This document shows, piece after piece, positions 49,695 through 60,202 of a stretch of DNA of 64,000 bases; position 1 is the first letter of the stretch, and every line of letters begins with the position of its first letter. Where the stretch lies: contig JASLKK010000001.1 of assembly GCA_030747595.1 (NCBI GenBank), positions 242,133 through 306,132 on the forward strand. The letters run 5' to 3'. The position numbers and the translations under genes are program-made. The notes beneath the pieces are model-generated. The model made no database searches, was not told the origin of the DNA, and was given only the letters and a program-made list of their open reading frames with translations. The stretch is from Acidimicrobiales bacterium. GTDB taxonomy: Bacteria > Actinomycetota > Acidimicrobiia > Acidimicrobiales > MedAcidi-G1.

Positions 49695-49800
49695 CGACGG
49701 GTTGCCTGCCCGCTATCTCCCGGGTTACCTGTCGAGGTACTCGCGGCTCGGCGTAGGCTCACGGGGTCCACTGGCGGCCATGAGGTCGTCCGGATCATTG

Positions 49801-49828
49801 TCTCAAATCCCCTCTCAAATCCCCTCTC
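49801..49828 (+). repeat. Perfect 12-bp tandem duplication (tctcaaatcccc x2 + tctc) abutting the yajC Shine-Dalgarno
   Basis: tctcaaatcccc tctcaaatcccc tctc, followed by t-aggag (SD) and the GTG start at 49842. Read directly from the sequence. Confidence 0.9.
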
Positions 49829-49841
49829 TAGGAGCGTTCCC

Positions 49842-50198
49842 GTGGCCGGCTTCATCCCCCTGATCCTCATCTTCGGGCTCATGTACGTGCTCATGATCCG
49901 ACCGCAGCAGCGCAAGGTGAAGGAGCAGCAGGCACTCGTATCGTCGATCTCGGCGGGTGATGAGGTGGTCCTCAGTTCGGGCATCTTCGGGGTCGTGAAG
50001 GAGGTCGACGGCGACGACGAGCACGTGCTGTGGATTGAGGTGTACTCGGGCATCGAGCTGAAGGTTCTGCGAAGTGCCGTGGATCGTCGCTTCAACGAGC
50101 CCACCACCGTTGACGAGGAACTGGTTGCTGAGGAACCGGTCACCGCGGAACCGGGCGAAGAGACCGGTTCCGAAGAGACCGGTTCAGACGAGGCCTGA
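49842..50198 (+). CDS. yajC: Preprotein translocase subunit YajC
   Basis: FIPLILIFGLMYVLMIRPQQRKVKEQQ, and GDEVVLSSGIFG. Confidence 0.93.
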   Translation: MAGFIPLILIFGLMYVLMIRPQQRKVKEQQALVSSISAGDEVVLSSGIFGVVKEVDGDDEHVLWIEVYSGIELKVLRSAVDRRFNEPTTVDEELVAEEPVTAEPGEETGSEETGSDEA

Positions 50199-50234
50199 GC
50201 GGCTCCACCGTCACCGGAACCCTGCGTCGCCGAA

Positions 50235-51740
50235 ATGCCCCGCCGTCAACTTGTCTACCTGCTCGGGATCGTCATCCTGAGCGTCCTCGCCTCGACCATG
50301 ACCGTGGTCTGGGGCAACAAGCCCCTGCTCGGGCTCGACCTGCAGGGTGGCGTGTCGGTTCGGCTGGTAGCCACCGAGCCGGCCACCGAGGAGATGCTCG
50401 ACCAGACGGTGTCGATCATTCGTGACCGGGTCGATGGACTCGGCGTGGCCGAACCCGAGATCTCCCGGACCGAGACCGGTGTGCTGGTCTCGCTTCCGGG
50501 GGTGGACGACCAGGACCGGGCCCTGTCGCTCGTGGGCACCACGGCCGAACTTCGCTTCCGGCCGGTCTGTAGCGTCACCTCGACAGTCCGTCCCGAGACA
50601 CCGGCGTCAGGCTCGTGGTCGACTGCCCATGCCATGTGTTCGGAGGTCAATACCGGAGCGGTGGTGCCGGCCATCGGTGCCGACGGGTACACCGCCCCGG
50701 AGGACGATCTTGCCGAGAACTTCGTGGTGCTGGGGCTTCGTGGCGACACCGCCGGCCAGCGCTACCTGCTGGGACCATCGGTCCTGACCGGTGAAGCGAT
50801 CGCTGACGCCAACCCGCTGTTCATCGACTACCAGTGGCAGGTCGGACTGGACCTCCATCAGGGACAGGTCGGCATCGACGGTTTCAACGAGGTGGCGGCC
50901 CGGTGCTACACGGGTGACCCCTCGTGCCCCCTGGCTGTCGGTTCGACCAACGGCCGTCTAGCCATCGTGCTTGATGGCCAAGTGGTCACCGCACCATCCA
51001 TCCGGGCGCCCCAGTTCCAGCACGACGCCATCCTGATCTCCGGTGGGTTCGAGAAGGCCGAGGCCGACGACGTGTCGCTCTCGCTGCGCTACGGCGCGCT
51101 GCCCGTGGAACTCGAACCCGATAACACCAGGGTGGTGTCGGCGACCATTGGCGAGGACTCCCTGAGGGCCGGCGTGGTAGCCGGCCTGGTCGGCCTGCTA
51201 CTGGTTGCCCTGTTCATCGTGACCTACTACCGCATCCTCGGTCTGGTGGCTCTGTTGAGTCTCGGGATCTCCGGTGTGCTCCTGTGGGCCATCATCGCCC
51301 ACCTCGGAACCCAGTCGGGGTTGGCCCTCACGCTGGCCGGTATCACCGGCATGATCGTGGCCGTCGGCGTCTCGGTGGACTCCAACATCGTCTACTTCGA
51401 ACACCTCAAGGAAGACGTCCGCGACGGTAGAACTGCCCGGTCCTCGGTCGACCGGGCCTTTCCGATCGCCTTTTCGACCATCGTCAAAGCCGATCTGGCT
51501 TCGCTGATCGGCGCCGGCCTGTTGTGGGCGCTCACCGTCGGTGCTGTTCGGGGCTTCGCCCTCTACCTCGGCCTGGCAACCATCCTGGACCTGGTGGCCA
51601 CCTACTTCTTCATGGGTCCGATGGTGCGCCTGTTGGCCACCACACGCTGGTTTGCCGATCACCCTGAACGCTTCGGCCTGCCCGCCTCGGGTGCCGTGTC
51701 GGCTCGAAGGGGCGCAGTCCCATCGGAGGTCGGAGCATGA
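50235..51740 (+). CDS. secD: Protein translocase subunit SecD
   Basis: LGLDLQGGVSV and the periplasmic P1 domain. C-terminal TM bundle with LAGITGMIVAVGVSVDSNIV. Confidence 0.94.
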   Translation: MPRRQLVYLLGIVILSVLASTMTVVWGNKPLLGLDLQGGVSVRLVATEPATEEMLDQTVSIIRDRVDGLGVAEPEISRTETGVLVSLPGVDDQDRALSLVGTTAELRFRPVCSVTSTVRPETPASGSWSTAHAMCSEVNTGAVVPAIGADGYTAPEDDLAENFVVLGLRGDTAGQRYLLGPSVLTGEAIADANPLFIDYQWQVGLDLHQGQVGIDGFNEVAARCYTGDPSCPLAVGSTNGRLAIVLDGQVVTAPSIRAPQFQHDAILISGGFEKAEADDVSLSLRYGALPVELEPDNTRVVSATIGEDSLRAGVVAGLVGLLLVALFIVTYYRILGLVALLSLGISGVLLWAIIAHLGTQSGLALTLAGITGMIVAVGVSVDSNIVYFEHLKEDVRDGRTARSSVDRAFPIAFSTIVKADLASLIGAGLLWALTVGAVRGFALYLGLATILDLVATYFFMGPMVRLLATTRWFADHPERFGLPASGAVSARRGAVPSEVGA

Positions 51741-52855
51741 AGACCCTACGAGCCCTCTATCGCGGCGAATCGCCGGTCGACTTTCCCTTGCTGTGGCGCC
51801 CGGCCGTCACCACGTCGGTGGTGGCCGTCGTCCTGGGCCTGCTTTCGTTTGCCGTCTTTGGCCTGAACCTGGGCCTCGACTTCGAGGGTGGAACCTCTTA
51901 TGAGGTCCGGGCACCTGACGTGTCGGTAGCTGACGCCCGTGAGTTGATGGCCGACCTCGGGGCGCCCGAGGCCCGCATCCAACTGGTTGACGACGATCTG
52001 GTCCTGGTGCGCTCCGACGTTCAGGACCCGGTCCGCGCCGCGGAGATCCGTGATGGTCTGGCCGCTGGTCTAGGCCCCGTGGTGGCCTTCGAGCAGGTCG
52101 GACCCACATGGGGCGACGAAGTCACCGGCAAGGCGGTCAAGGCACTGATCGTCTTCTTCATCGTGGTGGCGATGTACATCGCCGTCCGTCTGGAATGGAA
52201 GATGGCGGTCGGTGCATTGGTCGCCGTGGCCCACGACATCGTGCTGAGCGTCGGCGTCTATTCGGTCTTCCGGTTCGAGATCACCCCAGCTACGGTCATC
52301 GCCTTCCTGACCATCATGGGGTACTCGCTCTACGACACCATCGTGGTCTACGACAAGGTGCGAGAGGTCGTCGGCCGTCTAGGTGCGACCGAGCGGTACA
52401 CCTATTCGGAACTCATGAACCTGGCCTTGAACCGGGTGGCCATGCGGTCCATCAACACCAGCATCACCTCGGCCATCCCGGTCTTGTCGATGCTGGTGGT
52501 GGGTTCGTTCATCCTGGGGGCGGGCACCCTGCGCGAGTTCGCGGTGGCTCTCCTGGTGGGCATCGCCGTGGGTTCCTACTCGTCGCTTTTCCTGGCCTCG
52601 TCGTTGGTTTCCGTGCTCAAGGAGCGCGAGGAGCGGTGGAGTCAGATCGCCCTCAAGGTCCGGAATCGAACGGGCGACGATGTCGACGGGTCCATGAAGG
52701 GGACACGGACCATCGAGCGGAGCGATGCGGTGGGTGTCGACACCCGGGCCGCACCGCGGCGGGCGCCCGGTGGTGGCCCGGCGAAGCGTCGTCCGACCAT
52801 GACGGCGCCGACAGGCGGTGGCGTGCCGCCCCGCCCACGCAAGAAGAAGCGCTGA
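51737..52855 (+). CDS. secF: Protein translocase subunit SecF
   Basis: The ATG overlaps the secD stop (ATGA). GLDFEGGT, and LTIMGYSLYDTIVVYDKVRE. The C-terminal tail is basic. Confidence 0.94.
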   Translation: MKTLRALYRGESPVDFPLLWRPAVTTSVVAVVLGLLSFAVFGLNLGLDFEGGTSYEVRAPDVSVADARELMADLGAPEARIQLVDDDLVLVRSDVQDPVRAAEIRDGLAAGLGPVVAFEQVGPTWGDEVTGKAVKALIVFFIVVAMYIAVRLEWKMAVGALVAVAHDIVLSVGVYSVFRFEITPATVIAFLTIMGYSLYDTIVVYDKVREVVGRLGATERYTYSELMNLALNRVAMRSINTSITSAIPVLSMLVVGSFILGAGTLREFAVALLVGIAVGSYSSLFLASSLVSVLKEREERWSQIALKVRNRTGDDVDGSMKGTRTIERSDAVGVDTRAAPRRAPGGGPAKRRPTMTAPTGGGVPPRPRKKKR

Positions 52856-53050
52856 CGCACGTCGTCCAGCGAGACCTGACCGAAGGGTCCGGCTTCGGGG
52901 CCCACTGGCCGGTGGCCCCCCACGACTACCGTGGAGGCATGGGAACGCTGGTGATCTCAGGTCGTTCCAGGGAACCGGGCCTTTCCAGGAGCCCGTATAG
53001 CGGAAGCCTTCGTCTCAGAAACCTGTGTCCCGAAAGCGGGTGCCGCTGAG

Positions 53051-55300
53051 ATGGCCACGATGACCCGGGTGCTCCCGTGGCGACGCCGCCCCCGTGAGGT
53101 GGTCGGCGAGACGTCGGCACTGCTGACCGAATATCGGGCCCATCATCCCGGAGCGGATTCGTCGATGATCGAGCAGGCCTACCAGGTGGCGTTGGCCGCC
53201 CACGCAGGCCAGACCCGCAAGTCCGGAGAGCCCTACATTCACCATCCGCTGTCGGTGGCCACCATCGTGGCCCGGCAGGGTCTGGATGACGTGACGGTGG
53301 CCGCCGCCCTGCTACACGACGCGGTGGAGGACACCTCCATCTCCCTTGATGACCTCGAGCGGGACTTCGGTTCCGATGTCCGGCTCATCGTGGACGGCGT
53401 CACCAAGTTGGAGCGCCTCCACTTCGACACCCGCGAAGAACAGCAGGCGGCCAGCGTCCGCAAGATGCTGGTCGCCCTGGCCAAGGACCTTCGTGTGCTG
53501 ATCATCAAGTTGGCCGACCGACTCCACAACATGCGAACCCTGGCCGCGCTGCCCGAACACAAGCAGGAACGGGTGGCCCAAGAGACTCTGGACATCTACG
53601 CCCCGCTGGCCAACCGGCTGGGCATGCAGGAGGTCAAGGACCAACTGGAAGACCTGGCGCTGGCCACTCTGCATCCCAAGCGCTACAGCCAGATCGACCA
53701 GATGGTCCAGGACCGGTCGCCGGAGCGCGACCTGTACCTGGCACAGGTCATCGGCGAGGTCGAGGGTCGGCTCGGCGAGGTGGGCGTCACCGGCGAGGTC
53801 GACGGTCGACCGAAGCAGCTGTGGAGCATCTACGAGAAGATGATCGTGAAGGGTCGGCCCTTCGAGGAGATCCACGATCTGGTTGGGGTGCGTGTCGTGG
53901 TCGAGAACGTGCGCGACTGCTACGCAGCGTTGGGCACCATCCATGCCACCTGGAAACCGGTGCAGGGACGCTTCAAGGACTATGTGGCCATGCCCAAGTT
54001 CAACCTGTACCAGTCGCTGCACACCACTGTCGTCGGGCCCCAGGGCAAGCAGGTGGAGTTCCAGGTACGCACCTACGAGATGCACGCCAGGGCCGAGCAC
54101 GGGGTGGCCGCCCACTGGGACTACAAGGCCCAATCGCCGAGCGACGAGATGGCCTGGCTGGGTCGGATCGTGGAGTGGCAGGCCGAGACGGAGGACCCCG
54201 GCACCTTCATGGCCAACCTGAAGACCGATCTGGAACTCGACGAGGTCTACGTCTTCACGCCAAAGGGGCGGGTGGTGACTCTTCCGCTGGGGGCCACGTT
54301 GGTCGACTTCGCCTACGCCATCCACACCGACGTCGGACATGCCTGCGTGGGCGCCAAGGTGGGGGGCCGGCTCGTCCCCCTGGAGACGGAACTAGTCACT
54401 GGCGACACAGTCGAGGTGGTGACGTCCCGTCAGCCGGGGGCTGGACCCAGCCGGGACTGGTTGCAGTTCGTGGCCACCCACCGGGCATCCAGCAAGATCA
54501 AGCACTGGTACTCACAGGAGCGACGGACCGAGGCAATCGACGCCGGTCATGAGGAACTCACCAACGAACTCCGGCGGGCCGGGCTGCCCATCAGGGAGGT
54601 GCTCGACGGGCCCGAGCTGGCTGCGGTGGCTGCGTCGATGAACTACCACGAGCCCGACACGTTGTACGCGGCGGTGGGCGAGCATCACGTGTCGGCCCGG
54701 TCGCTGGTCGGTCGGGTGGCCAATGTGCTGCGACCCGACGAGGATGACGAGGTCACGGCGATTCCGGTCAAGACCCGACGGCCTCGCAGGGACACTGACC
54801 GGGTGGGGGTCCACGTCGAAGGGCTGGACGACATGCTGGTGCGGCTGTCGAGGTGCTGCACGCCGGTGCCGCCCGACGAGATCATGGGGTTCGTGACCCG
54901 CGGTCGCGGGGTGAGCGTGCACCGGTCGGACTGCGCCAACGCGGTGTCACTGATGGCCGAACAGGGCGACCGACTCATCGACGTCGACTGGGGCGGCGAG
55001 ATGGGAAGCCACTTCGTGGTCTCTGTGGACCTCAAGGCACTCGACCGACCGGGACTGCTGCGCGACGTCACCGGCGTCCTGGCCGACCACCAGGTCAACG
55101 TCTTGTCCACCACGACGTCGACCAGTGGTGCCGACCGGGTGGCCACCATGCGCTTCGACTTCGAGATCGTGGACCCGACACACCTCGAGACCTTGTTGCG
55201 GATGTTGCGTCGTGTCGATTCGGTCTACGACGTGCACCGTGCAGTGCAGGGTTCGCCCGACCTGGTCGACGACGCCGACGGTTCCACTGACAAGGGCTGA
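53051..55300 (+). CDS. relA: Bifunctional (p)ppGpp synthetase/hydrolase
   Basis: HD domain (HPLSVATIVA...LLHDAVEDT), synthetase region (RPKQLWSIYEKM; YQSLHTTV), TGS (VFTPKGRVVTLPLGATLVDFAY), and a C-terminal ACT domain. Confidence 0.97.
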   Translation: MATMTRVLPWRRRPREVVGETSALLTEYRAHHPGADSSMIEQAYQVALAAHAGQTRKSGEPYIHHPLSVATIVARQGLDDVTVAAALLHDAVEDTSISLDDLERDFGSDVRLIVDGVTKLERLHFDTREEQQAASVRKMLVALAKDLRVLIIKLADRLHNMRTLAALPEHKQERVAQETLDIYAPLANRLGMQEVKDQLEDLALATLHPKRYSQIDQMVQDRSPERDLYLAQVIGEVEGRLGEVGVTGEVDGRPKQLWSIYEKMIVKGRPFEEIHDLVGVRVVVENVRDCYAALGTIHATWKPVQGRFKDYVAMPKFNLYQSLHTTVVGPQGKQVEFQVRTYEMHARAEHGVAAHWDYKAQSPSDEMAWLGRIVEWQAETEDPGTFMANLKTDLELDEVYVFTPKGRVVTLPLGATLVDFAYAIHTDVGHACVGAKVGGRLVPLETELVTGDTVEVVTSRQPGAGPSRDWLQFVATHRASSKIKHWYSQERRTEAIDAGHEELTNELRRAGLPIREVLDGPELAAVAASMNYHEPDTLYAAVGEHHVSARSLVGRVANVLRPDEDDEVTAIPVKTRRPRRDTDRVGVHVEGLDDMLVRLSRCCTPVPPDEIMGFVTRGRGVSVHRSDCANAVSLMAEQGDRLIDVDWGGEMGSHFVVSVDLKALDRPGLLRDVTGVLADHQVNVLSTTTSTSGADRVATMRFDFEIVDPTHLETLLRMLRRVDSVYDVHRAVQGSPDLVDDADGSTDKG

Positions 55301-55379
55301 AGCGGGGGCTGACTGCCCGGGGCCAGAGAGACGGCAACGTCGCCGAGTGCCGCTTGGAGCGCCGGTAGCCTCCATCACC

Positions 55380-56639
55380 GTGTCCGACCACGTTTTCCGC
55401 GCCCCGAAGGGCACCCGTGACATCCTCTGGCCGGACTCGGCCCGGTGGCGTGCCTTAGTCGACGTCTTCGCCGAGGTGGTCGGCTCCGCGGGGTACCTCG
55501 AGGTCATCCCGCCGATGTTCGAACACGTCGAGGTGTTCCAGCGTCTCGGCGAGACCACCGACGTCGTCCGCAAGGAGATGTACTCCTTTGAGGACAAGGG
55601 TGGACGGACTCTGGCGCTGCGGCCCGAGCAGACCGCATCGGTGGTCCGCGGATTCTCCGAGCATCGACCCACGCTGCCGTACAAGGCCTGGTACGCCGGG
55701 CCCAACTTCCGATATGAGCGGGCGCAGAAGGGCCGTTTCCGACAGTTCGACCAGGTGGGGGTGGAGGTCCTGGGCCCGACCGACCCGCACCTCGATGCCG
55801 AGGTCATCTCCCTGGCGTGGCGCTTCTACGAGCGGCTGGGCCTGAAACAGGTAACCCTGCTGGTGAACTCGCTGGGTGGCCCCGAAGACCGCGCCCGGTA
55901 TGTCGAGGCACTGCGGGCCCACTTCACCGCGGAGAGCGACGCCCTGAGCGAGGAATCGCGGGCCACCTTGGAGGCCAACCCGTTGCGGGTACTGGATTCC
56001 AGTCGGGAAGCCGATGCACCGCTCATCGACGCCGCTCCCCGGATGGTCGACCACCTGTCCGACGACGCGGCGGCCCACTTCGCCGGTGTGACCGCGGCGC
56101 TCGATGCCGTCGGCGTGCCCTACACCGTGGCGCCACGGCTGGTCCGTGGCCTCGACTACTACGTCCGTACCACCTTCGAATTCGCCGCCGAGGCACTCGA
56201 CGCCGCGCAGAACGCGGTGGGTGGCGGTGGACGCTACGACGGTCTGGCGGCCGACCTTGGTGCGCCGGAGACCCCGGGTGTGGGATTCGCCCTCGGAGTG
56301 GATCGAACCCTGTTGGCGTGCGACGCCGAGGGAGTGTTCAACGCACCGGCAGCAGCCATCGACGTGTTCGTGGTCGATGCCACAGGTGGTGACGAGGCCG
56401 TGGTGGTGACCGACCTGATCCGCACGGAAGGCCTGCGGGTCGACCGGGCGTGGGACGGACGGTCCATGAAGGCCCAGATGAAGGCCGCCGACCGCAGCGC
56501 CGCTGCGCTGGCAGTCATCGTGGGCGAAGACGAAAAGGCGGCCGGCACGGTGACCGTGCGGGACCTCCGGGGTGACGGCGGACAGGAGACCGTCACCCGG
56601 GACCAGATGATCCAGACCCTACGAGCGAGGCTGCGTTGA
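55380..56639 (+). CDS. hisS: Histidine--tRNA ligase
   Basis: Start set at the GTG at 55380 (VSDHVFRAPKGTRDIL). LALRPEQTASVVR, FRYERAQKGRFRQFDQ, and GGGRYDGL. Confidence 0.94.
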   Translation: MSDHVFRAPKGTRDILWPDSARWRALVDVFAEVVGSAGYLEVIPPMFEHVEVFQRLGETTDVVRKEMYSFEDKGGRTLALRPEQTASVVRGFSEHRPTLPYKAWYAGPNFRYERAQKGRFRQFDQVGVEVLGPTDPHLDAEVISLAWRFYERLGLKQVTLLVNSLGGPEDRARYVEALRAHFTAESDALSEESRATLEANPLRVLDSSREADAPLIDAAPRMVDHLSDDAAAHFAGVTAALDAVGVPYTVAPRLVRGLDYYVRTTFEFAAEALDAAQNAVGGGGRYDGLAADLGAPETPGVGFALGVDRTLLACDAEGVFNAPAAAIDVFVVDATGGDEAVVVTDLIRTEGLRVDRAWDGRSMKAQMKAADRSAAALAVIVGEDEKAAGTVTVRDLRGDGGQETVTRDQMIQTLRARLR

Positions 56640-58375
56640 CCGATTATTCCACCTCCATGCGAACCGACCGCTGCGGAGACCTCCGGGTCGACGACGTGGG
56701 TCGCCAGGTCACCCTGTGCGGGTGGGTCGACCGACGACGCGAGCACGGCGAGCACCTGGCGTTCATCGACCTGAGGGACCGCTCCGGTGTCGTCCAGCTG
56801 GTGGTCGACGGCGCCCACGACCTCCGCAGCGAGTACGTGCTGCAGGTCAGCGGGACCGTGCGCGAACGTCCGGCCGACACGGCCAATGATTCGTTGGTGA
56901 CCGGCGCGGTCGAGATCGACGCCGTCGAGGTGACCGTGCTTGCGGCAGCTGAGCCGCCGCCCTTCCCAATCGACGAACGCACCGACGTCGACGAGATGCT
57001 GCGCCTGAAGCACCGGTACGTCGACCTGCGGCGCCCCAGGATGCAGCGCAACCTCGAGGTCCGGGCCCGGGTCAACAGCGCGGTGCGTGGCGCAATGGAG
57101 GAGCAGGGGTTCGTCGAGGTCGAGACGCCGATGCTCATAGCTAGTACGCCCGAAGGGGCCCGCGACTTCGTGGTCCCGTCACGCAAGGAACCCGGCTCGT
57201 TTTACGCCCTACCCCAGAGCCCCCAGATCTTCAAGCAACTGTGCATGGTGGGTGGCGTCGACCGCTACTACCAGATCGCCCGCTGCCTCCGTGACGAGGA
57301 CCTCCGGGCCGATCGCCAGTTCGAGTTCATGCAGCTCGATGCCGAGGCGAGCTTCGTTTCCCAGGACGACGTGCTGGCCTTCATCTCCCACGCCGTCTCG
57401 GCTGCCGCCGAAGCGATCACCGGGGAGCGGCCCGGCGAGATTCCGCGGATGTCGTGGCAAGAGGCCCAGGAGCGGTTCGGGACCGACAAGCCCGACATCC
57501 GGTTCGGCATGGAACTCGTTGAGCTCACCGAGGTGTTCGCCGGCACCGAGTTCCGCGCCTTCCAGGCGCCCTGCGTGAAGGGCATACGGGTGCCCGGTGG
57601 CGCCGATGCGTCCCGCAACCGGCTCGACGACCTGACCGAGCAATGCAAGGGCTGGGGCGCCAAGGGCCTCGTGTGGATGCGGGTCACCGACGATGGCCTG
57701 GACTCACCGGTGGCCAAATTCCTGACCGACGGCGAGAAGGCGGCGCTGGGCTCCACGTTGGAGGCCGAGGTCGGCGACCTGCTTCTGCTGGTAGCCGACG
57801 AGCGCCGGACGGTTCGACACATCCTGGGCCTGCTGCGCCTCGAGTTGGGTCGTCCGCCGGTCACTGAGGGTGGACTCCACTTCCTCTGGGTGGTCGACTT
57901 CCCCCTGTTCGAGGGACTCGACGAGTCGGGGAACCCCATCCCGGCCCATCACCCGTTCACCATGCCGCATACCGACGACCTGGACGCGCTCGAGCGGGGC
58001 GACCTGCTGGACGTGCGCTCGCAGGCCTACGACCTCGTACTGAACGGATGGGAACTGGGCTCCGGCAGCGTCCGGATCCACCGCCGTGAGATCCAGGAGC
58101 AGATTTTCTCCATCTTGGGGATCGAATCCGAGGAGGCGCACGCCAAGTTCGGCTTCCTGCTCGACGCCTTCCGGTACGGCGCTCCGCCACACGCCGGCTT
58201 CGCCTTCGGCATGGATCGCCTCACGGCCATCCTGGCTGGCGAGGAGAACATCCGCGAGGTCATCGCCTACCCCAAGACCCAGTCAGGGGGAGACCCGCTG
58301 ACCAGCGCACCGACGCCCATCGATGGTCGACACCTCGAGGAGTTAGGTCTGCGGGTCCTTCCCCCGGCGGAATAG
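56636..58375 (+). CDS. aspS: Aspartate--tRNA ligase
   Basis: The TTG start overlaps the hisS stop. GWVDRRREHG.LAFIDLRDRSG, QSPQIFKQLCM, FRDEDLRADRQ-type motif 2 (CLRDEDLRADRQFEFMQLD), and GFAFGMDRL (motif 3). Confidence 0.96.
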   Translation: MTDYSTSMRTDRCGDLRVDDVGRQVTLCGWVDRRREHGEHLAFIDLRDRSGVVQLVVDGAHDLRSEYVLQVSGTVRERPADTANDSLVTGAVEIDAVEVTVLAAAEPPPFPIDERTDVDEMLRLKHRYVDLRRPRMQRNLEVRARVNSAVRGAMEEQGFVEVETPMLIASTPEGARDFVVPSRKEPGSFYALPQSPQIFKQLCMVGGVDRYYQIARCLRDEDLRADRQFEFMQLDAEASFVSQDDVLAFISHAVSAAAEAITGERPGEIPRMSWQEAQERFGTDKPDIRFGMELVELTEVFAGTEFRAFQAPCVKGIRVPGGADASRNRLDDLTEQCKGWGAKGLVWMRVTDDGLDSPVAKFLTDGEKAALGSTLEAEVGDLLLLVADERRTVRHILGLLRLELGRPPVTEGGLHFLWVVDFPLFEGLDESGNPIPAHHPFTMPHTDDLDALERGDLLDVRSQAYDLVLNGWELGSGSVRIHRREIQEQIFSILGIESEEAHAKFGFLLDAFRYGAPPHAGFAFGMDRLTAILAGEENIREVIAYPKTQSGGDPLTSAPTPIDGRHLEELGLRVLPPAE

Positions 58376-58404
58376 GCCCCCGCCCAGGAACAGCCTCAGG
58401 TGGA

Positions 58405-59802
58405 ATGGCCGTCCCGCCAGACAACCGGACTGCCGGGTACCGTCCGACCGTGTCCGGAGACCTCTTCGCCAGCGCGGCGACCGAACGCCTGGCTCGCCGG
58501 GCGCCGTTGGCTGACCGCCTGCGGCCGACCAGGTTGGACGACGTCGTCGGCCAGGAGCACCTTCTGGGCCCGGGACGTCCCCTACGGCGACTGATCGAGG
58601 CCGACCGCCTGTCATCAGTGGTGCTCTGGGGTCCTCCGGGAACAGGTAAGACGTCCCTGGCCAGACTCATCGCGCGGGTGACCGCTCAAGAGTTCGCTGA
58701 ACTCTCGGCCGTCAACGCCAGCGTTAAGGACGTCCGGGAACTGGTGGCTTCGGCAAAAGCCCGTCTGGGTGAACGCGACGTGGGCACCATCCTGTTTCTC
58801 GACGAGGTCCATCGGTTCAACAAGGCCCAGCAGGACGCCCTCCTACCGTCGGTGGAGTCCGGACTACTGGTGCTCATCGGGGCCACCACCGAGAACCCGT
58901 TCTTCGAGGTCAACGCCCCGTTGCTGTCGCGTTCCACCCTGTTCCGACTGGAGCCTCTAGGGCCCGAAGCGTTGCGGCGCCTCCTGGAACGGGGGCTGGC
59001 CGTCGAGGCCGTCGAAGCCGACGATGATGCGCTGGACCTGCTAGTCGACCGGGCCGCCGGGGATGGTCGACATGCCCTGACCAGTCTGGAGGTGGCGGCT
59101 GCGCTGGCCGTCGGTCGGGCAGCGGAGCAGCCGGCCGAGGGTTCAGAAACCCGGGTAGTGCTGGCCGATGCCGAGGCGGCACTGGGCACCAAGGCGCTGC
59201 GTTACGGCCGCGATGCCCACTACGACGTGATCAGTGCTTTCATCAAGAGCATCCGGGGCTCGGATCCCGATGCCGGTCTGTACTGGCTGGCCCGGATGCT
59301 CGACGTCGGCGAGGACGCCCGGTTCATTGCCCGCCGGCTGGTCATCCTGGCCAGTGAAGACGTCGGCATGGCCGATCCGATGAGCCTTGTGGTTGCCGAC
59401 GCGGCCGCCCGGGCCGTTGAGTTCGTGGGCCTTCCTGAGGCGAAGTTGAATCTGGCCCAGGCCGTGGTCCACCTGGCCACGGCCCCCAAGTCCAACCGGG
59501 TGACCATGGCGCTCGGCGCCGCAGAGGGCGATGCCCGGGCGGCAGGCACCGGCGAGGTCCCGATTCACCTGCGTGACGCCCACTACCGGGGGGCCGCCCA
59601 GTTGGGCCATGGCAAGGGATACGACTACCCGCACGACCATCCTGAGGGTTGGGTCGAACAACGTCATCGCCCAGCGGAGGTCGATGGGCGTCGCTACTAC
59701 GATCCATCCCAACATGGCTTCGAGAACGAGATTGCTGAACGCATGCGGTCCACACAGCCTCCGGAGAAGGGTTCGGATGAGGAGGATCCTGACAATGGTT
59801 GA
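58405..59802 (+). CDS. rarA: Replication-associated recombination protein A (AAA+ ATPase)
   Basis: [30 protein letters not shown], and [11 protein letters not shown]. MgsA C-terminal region [26 protein letters not shown]. Confidence 0.95.
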   Translation: MAVPPDNRTAGYRPTVSGDLFASAATERLARRAPLADRLRPTRLDDVVGQEHLLGPGRPLRRLIEADRLSSVVLWGPPGTGKTSLARLIARVTAQEFAELSAVNASVKDVRELVASAKARLGERDVGTILFLDEVHRFNKAQQDALLPSVESGLLVLIGATTENPFFEVNAPLLSRSTLFRLEPLGPEALRRLLERGLAVEAVEADDDALDLLVDRAAGDGRHALTSLEVAAALAVGRAAEQPAEGSETRVVLADAEAALGTKALRYGRDAHYDVISAFIKSIRGSDPDAGLYWLARMLDVGEDARFIARRLVILASEDVGMADPMSLVVADAAARAVEFVGLPEAKLNLAQAVVHLATAPKSNRVTMALGAAEGDARAAGTGEVPIHLRDAHYRGAAQLGHGKGYDYPHDHPEGWVEQRHRPAEVDGRRYYDPSQHGFENEIAERMRSTQPPEKGSDEEDPDNG

Positions 59803-59835
59803 TCTGGACACCCGTCGACCGGTTGGTTCGGTCTG

Positions 59836-60129
59836 ATGCGTCGACGACTGCTCTGGCTGATGGGCGGATGGGTCGTCGGCACCCTGTCGGCCGCATGGTT
59901 GCGTCGAAGGGCCCGTCAGGCGATTCGCCGTTACGCACCGGCTCGACTCCGTCATGAGGTCTCGGACCGAAGTTCAGCCTTGGTCGACAGCGTCCGCCGT
60001 ATTGCCGGTCAGGTAGCCGCCGTCGGTCGCGACGAGGAGGGCGCCACCCGAACCGGAGCGCGATCGTCCGAACACTATTCCCCGCGTCGGCATCGCCGCC
60101 CGATCCGGTCGACGCCCGGCGAACGCTGA
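59836..60129 (+). CDS. Hypothetical small basic protein with an N-terminal hydrophobic helix
   Basis: 97-aa ORF that fills the rarA-alaS gap. LLWLMGGWVVGTLSAAWL, then an Arg-rich tail. No motif recognised, and it could be a high-GC artefact. Confidence 0.3.
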   Translation: MRRRLLWLMGGWVVGTLSAAWLRRRARQAIRRYAPARLRHEVSDRSSALVDSVRRIAGQVAAVGRDEEGATRTGARSSEHYSPRRHRRPIRSTPGER

Positions 60130-60202
60130 GCCGTTCATTCGGAGCGAGGACCGTCGCCGAGGTTCCACCGACCACGGGTGGCTTCCCTAGGCTGGGCTGA
60201 CC

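Noticed and set aside
52856-53050. Expected apt (adenine phosphoribosyltransferase) gene or an ncRNA between secF and relA.
   Set aside because: The gap is only 195 bp. The ORFs in it (52818-53000, 52926-53120) are short, overlap real genes and have no motif. The only notable structure is a small cccg-aaag-cggg hairpin, which is not distinctive.
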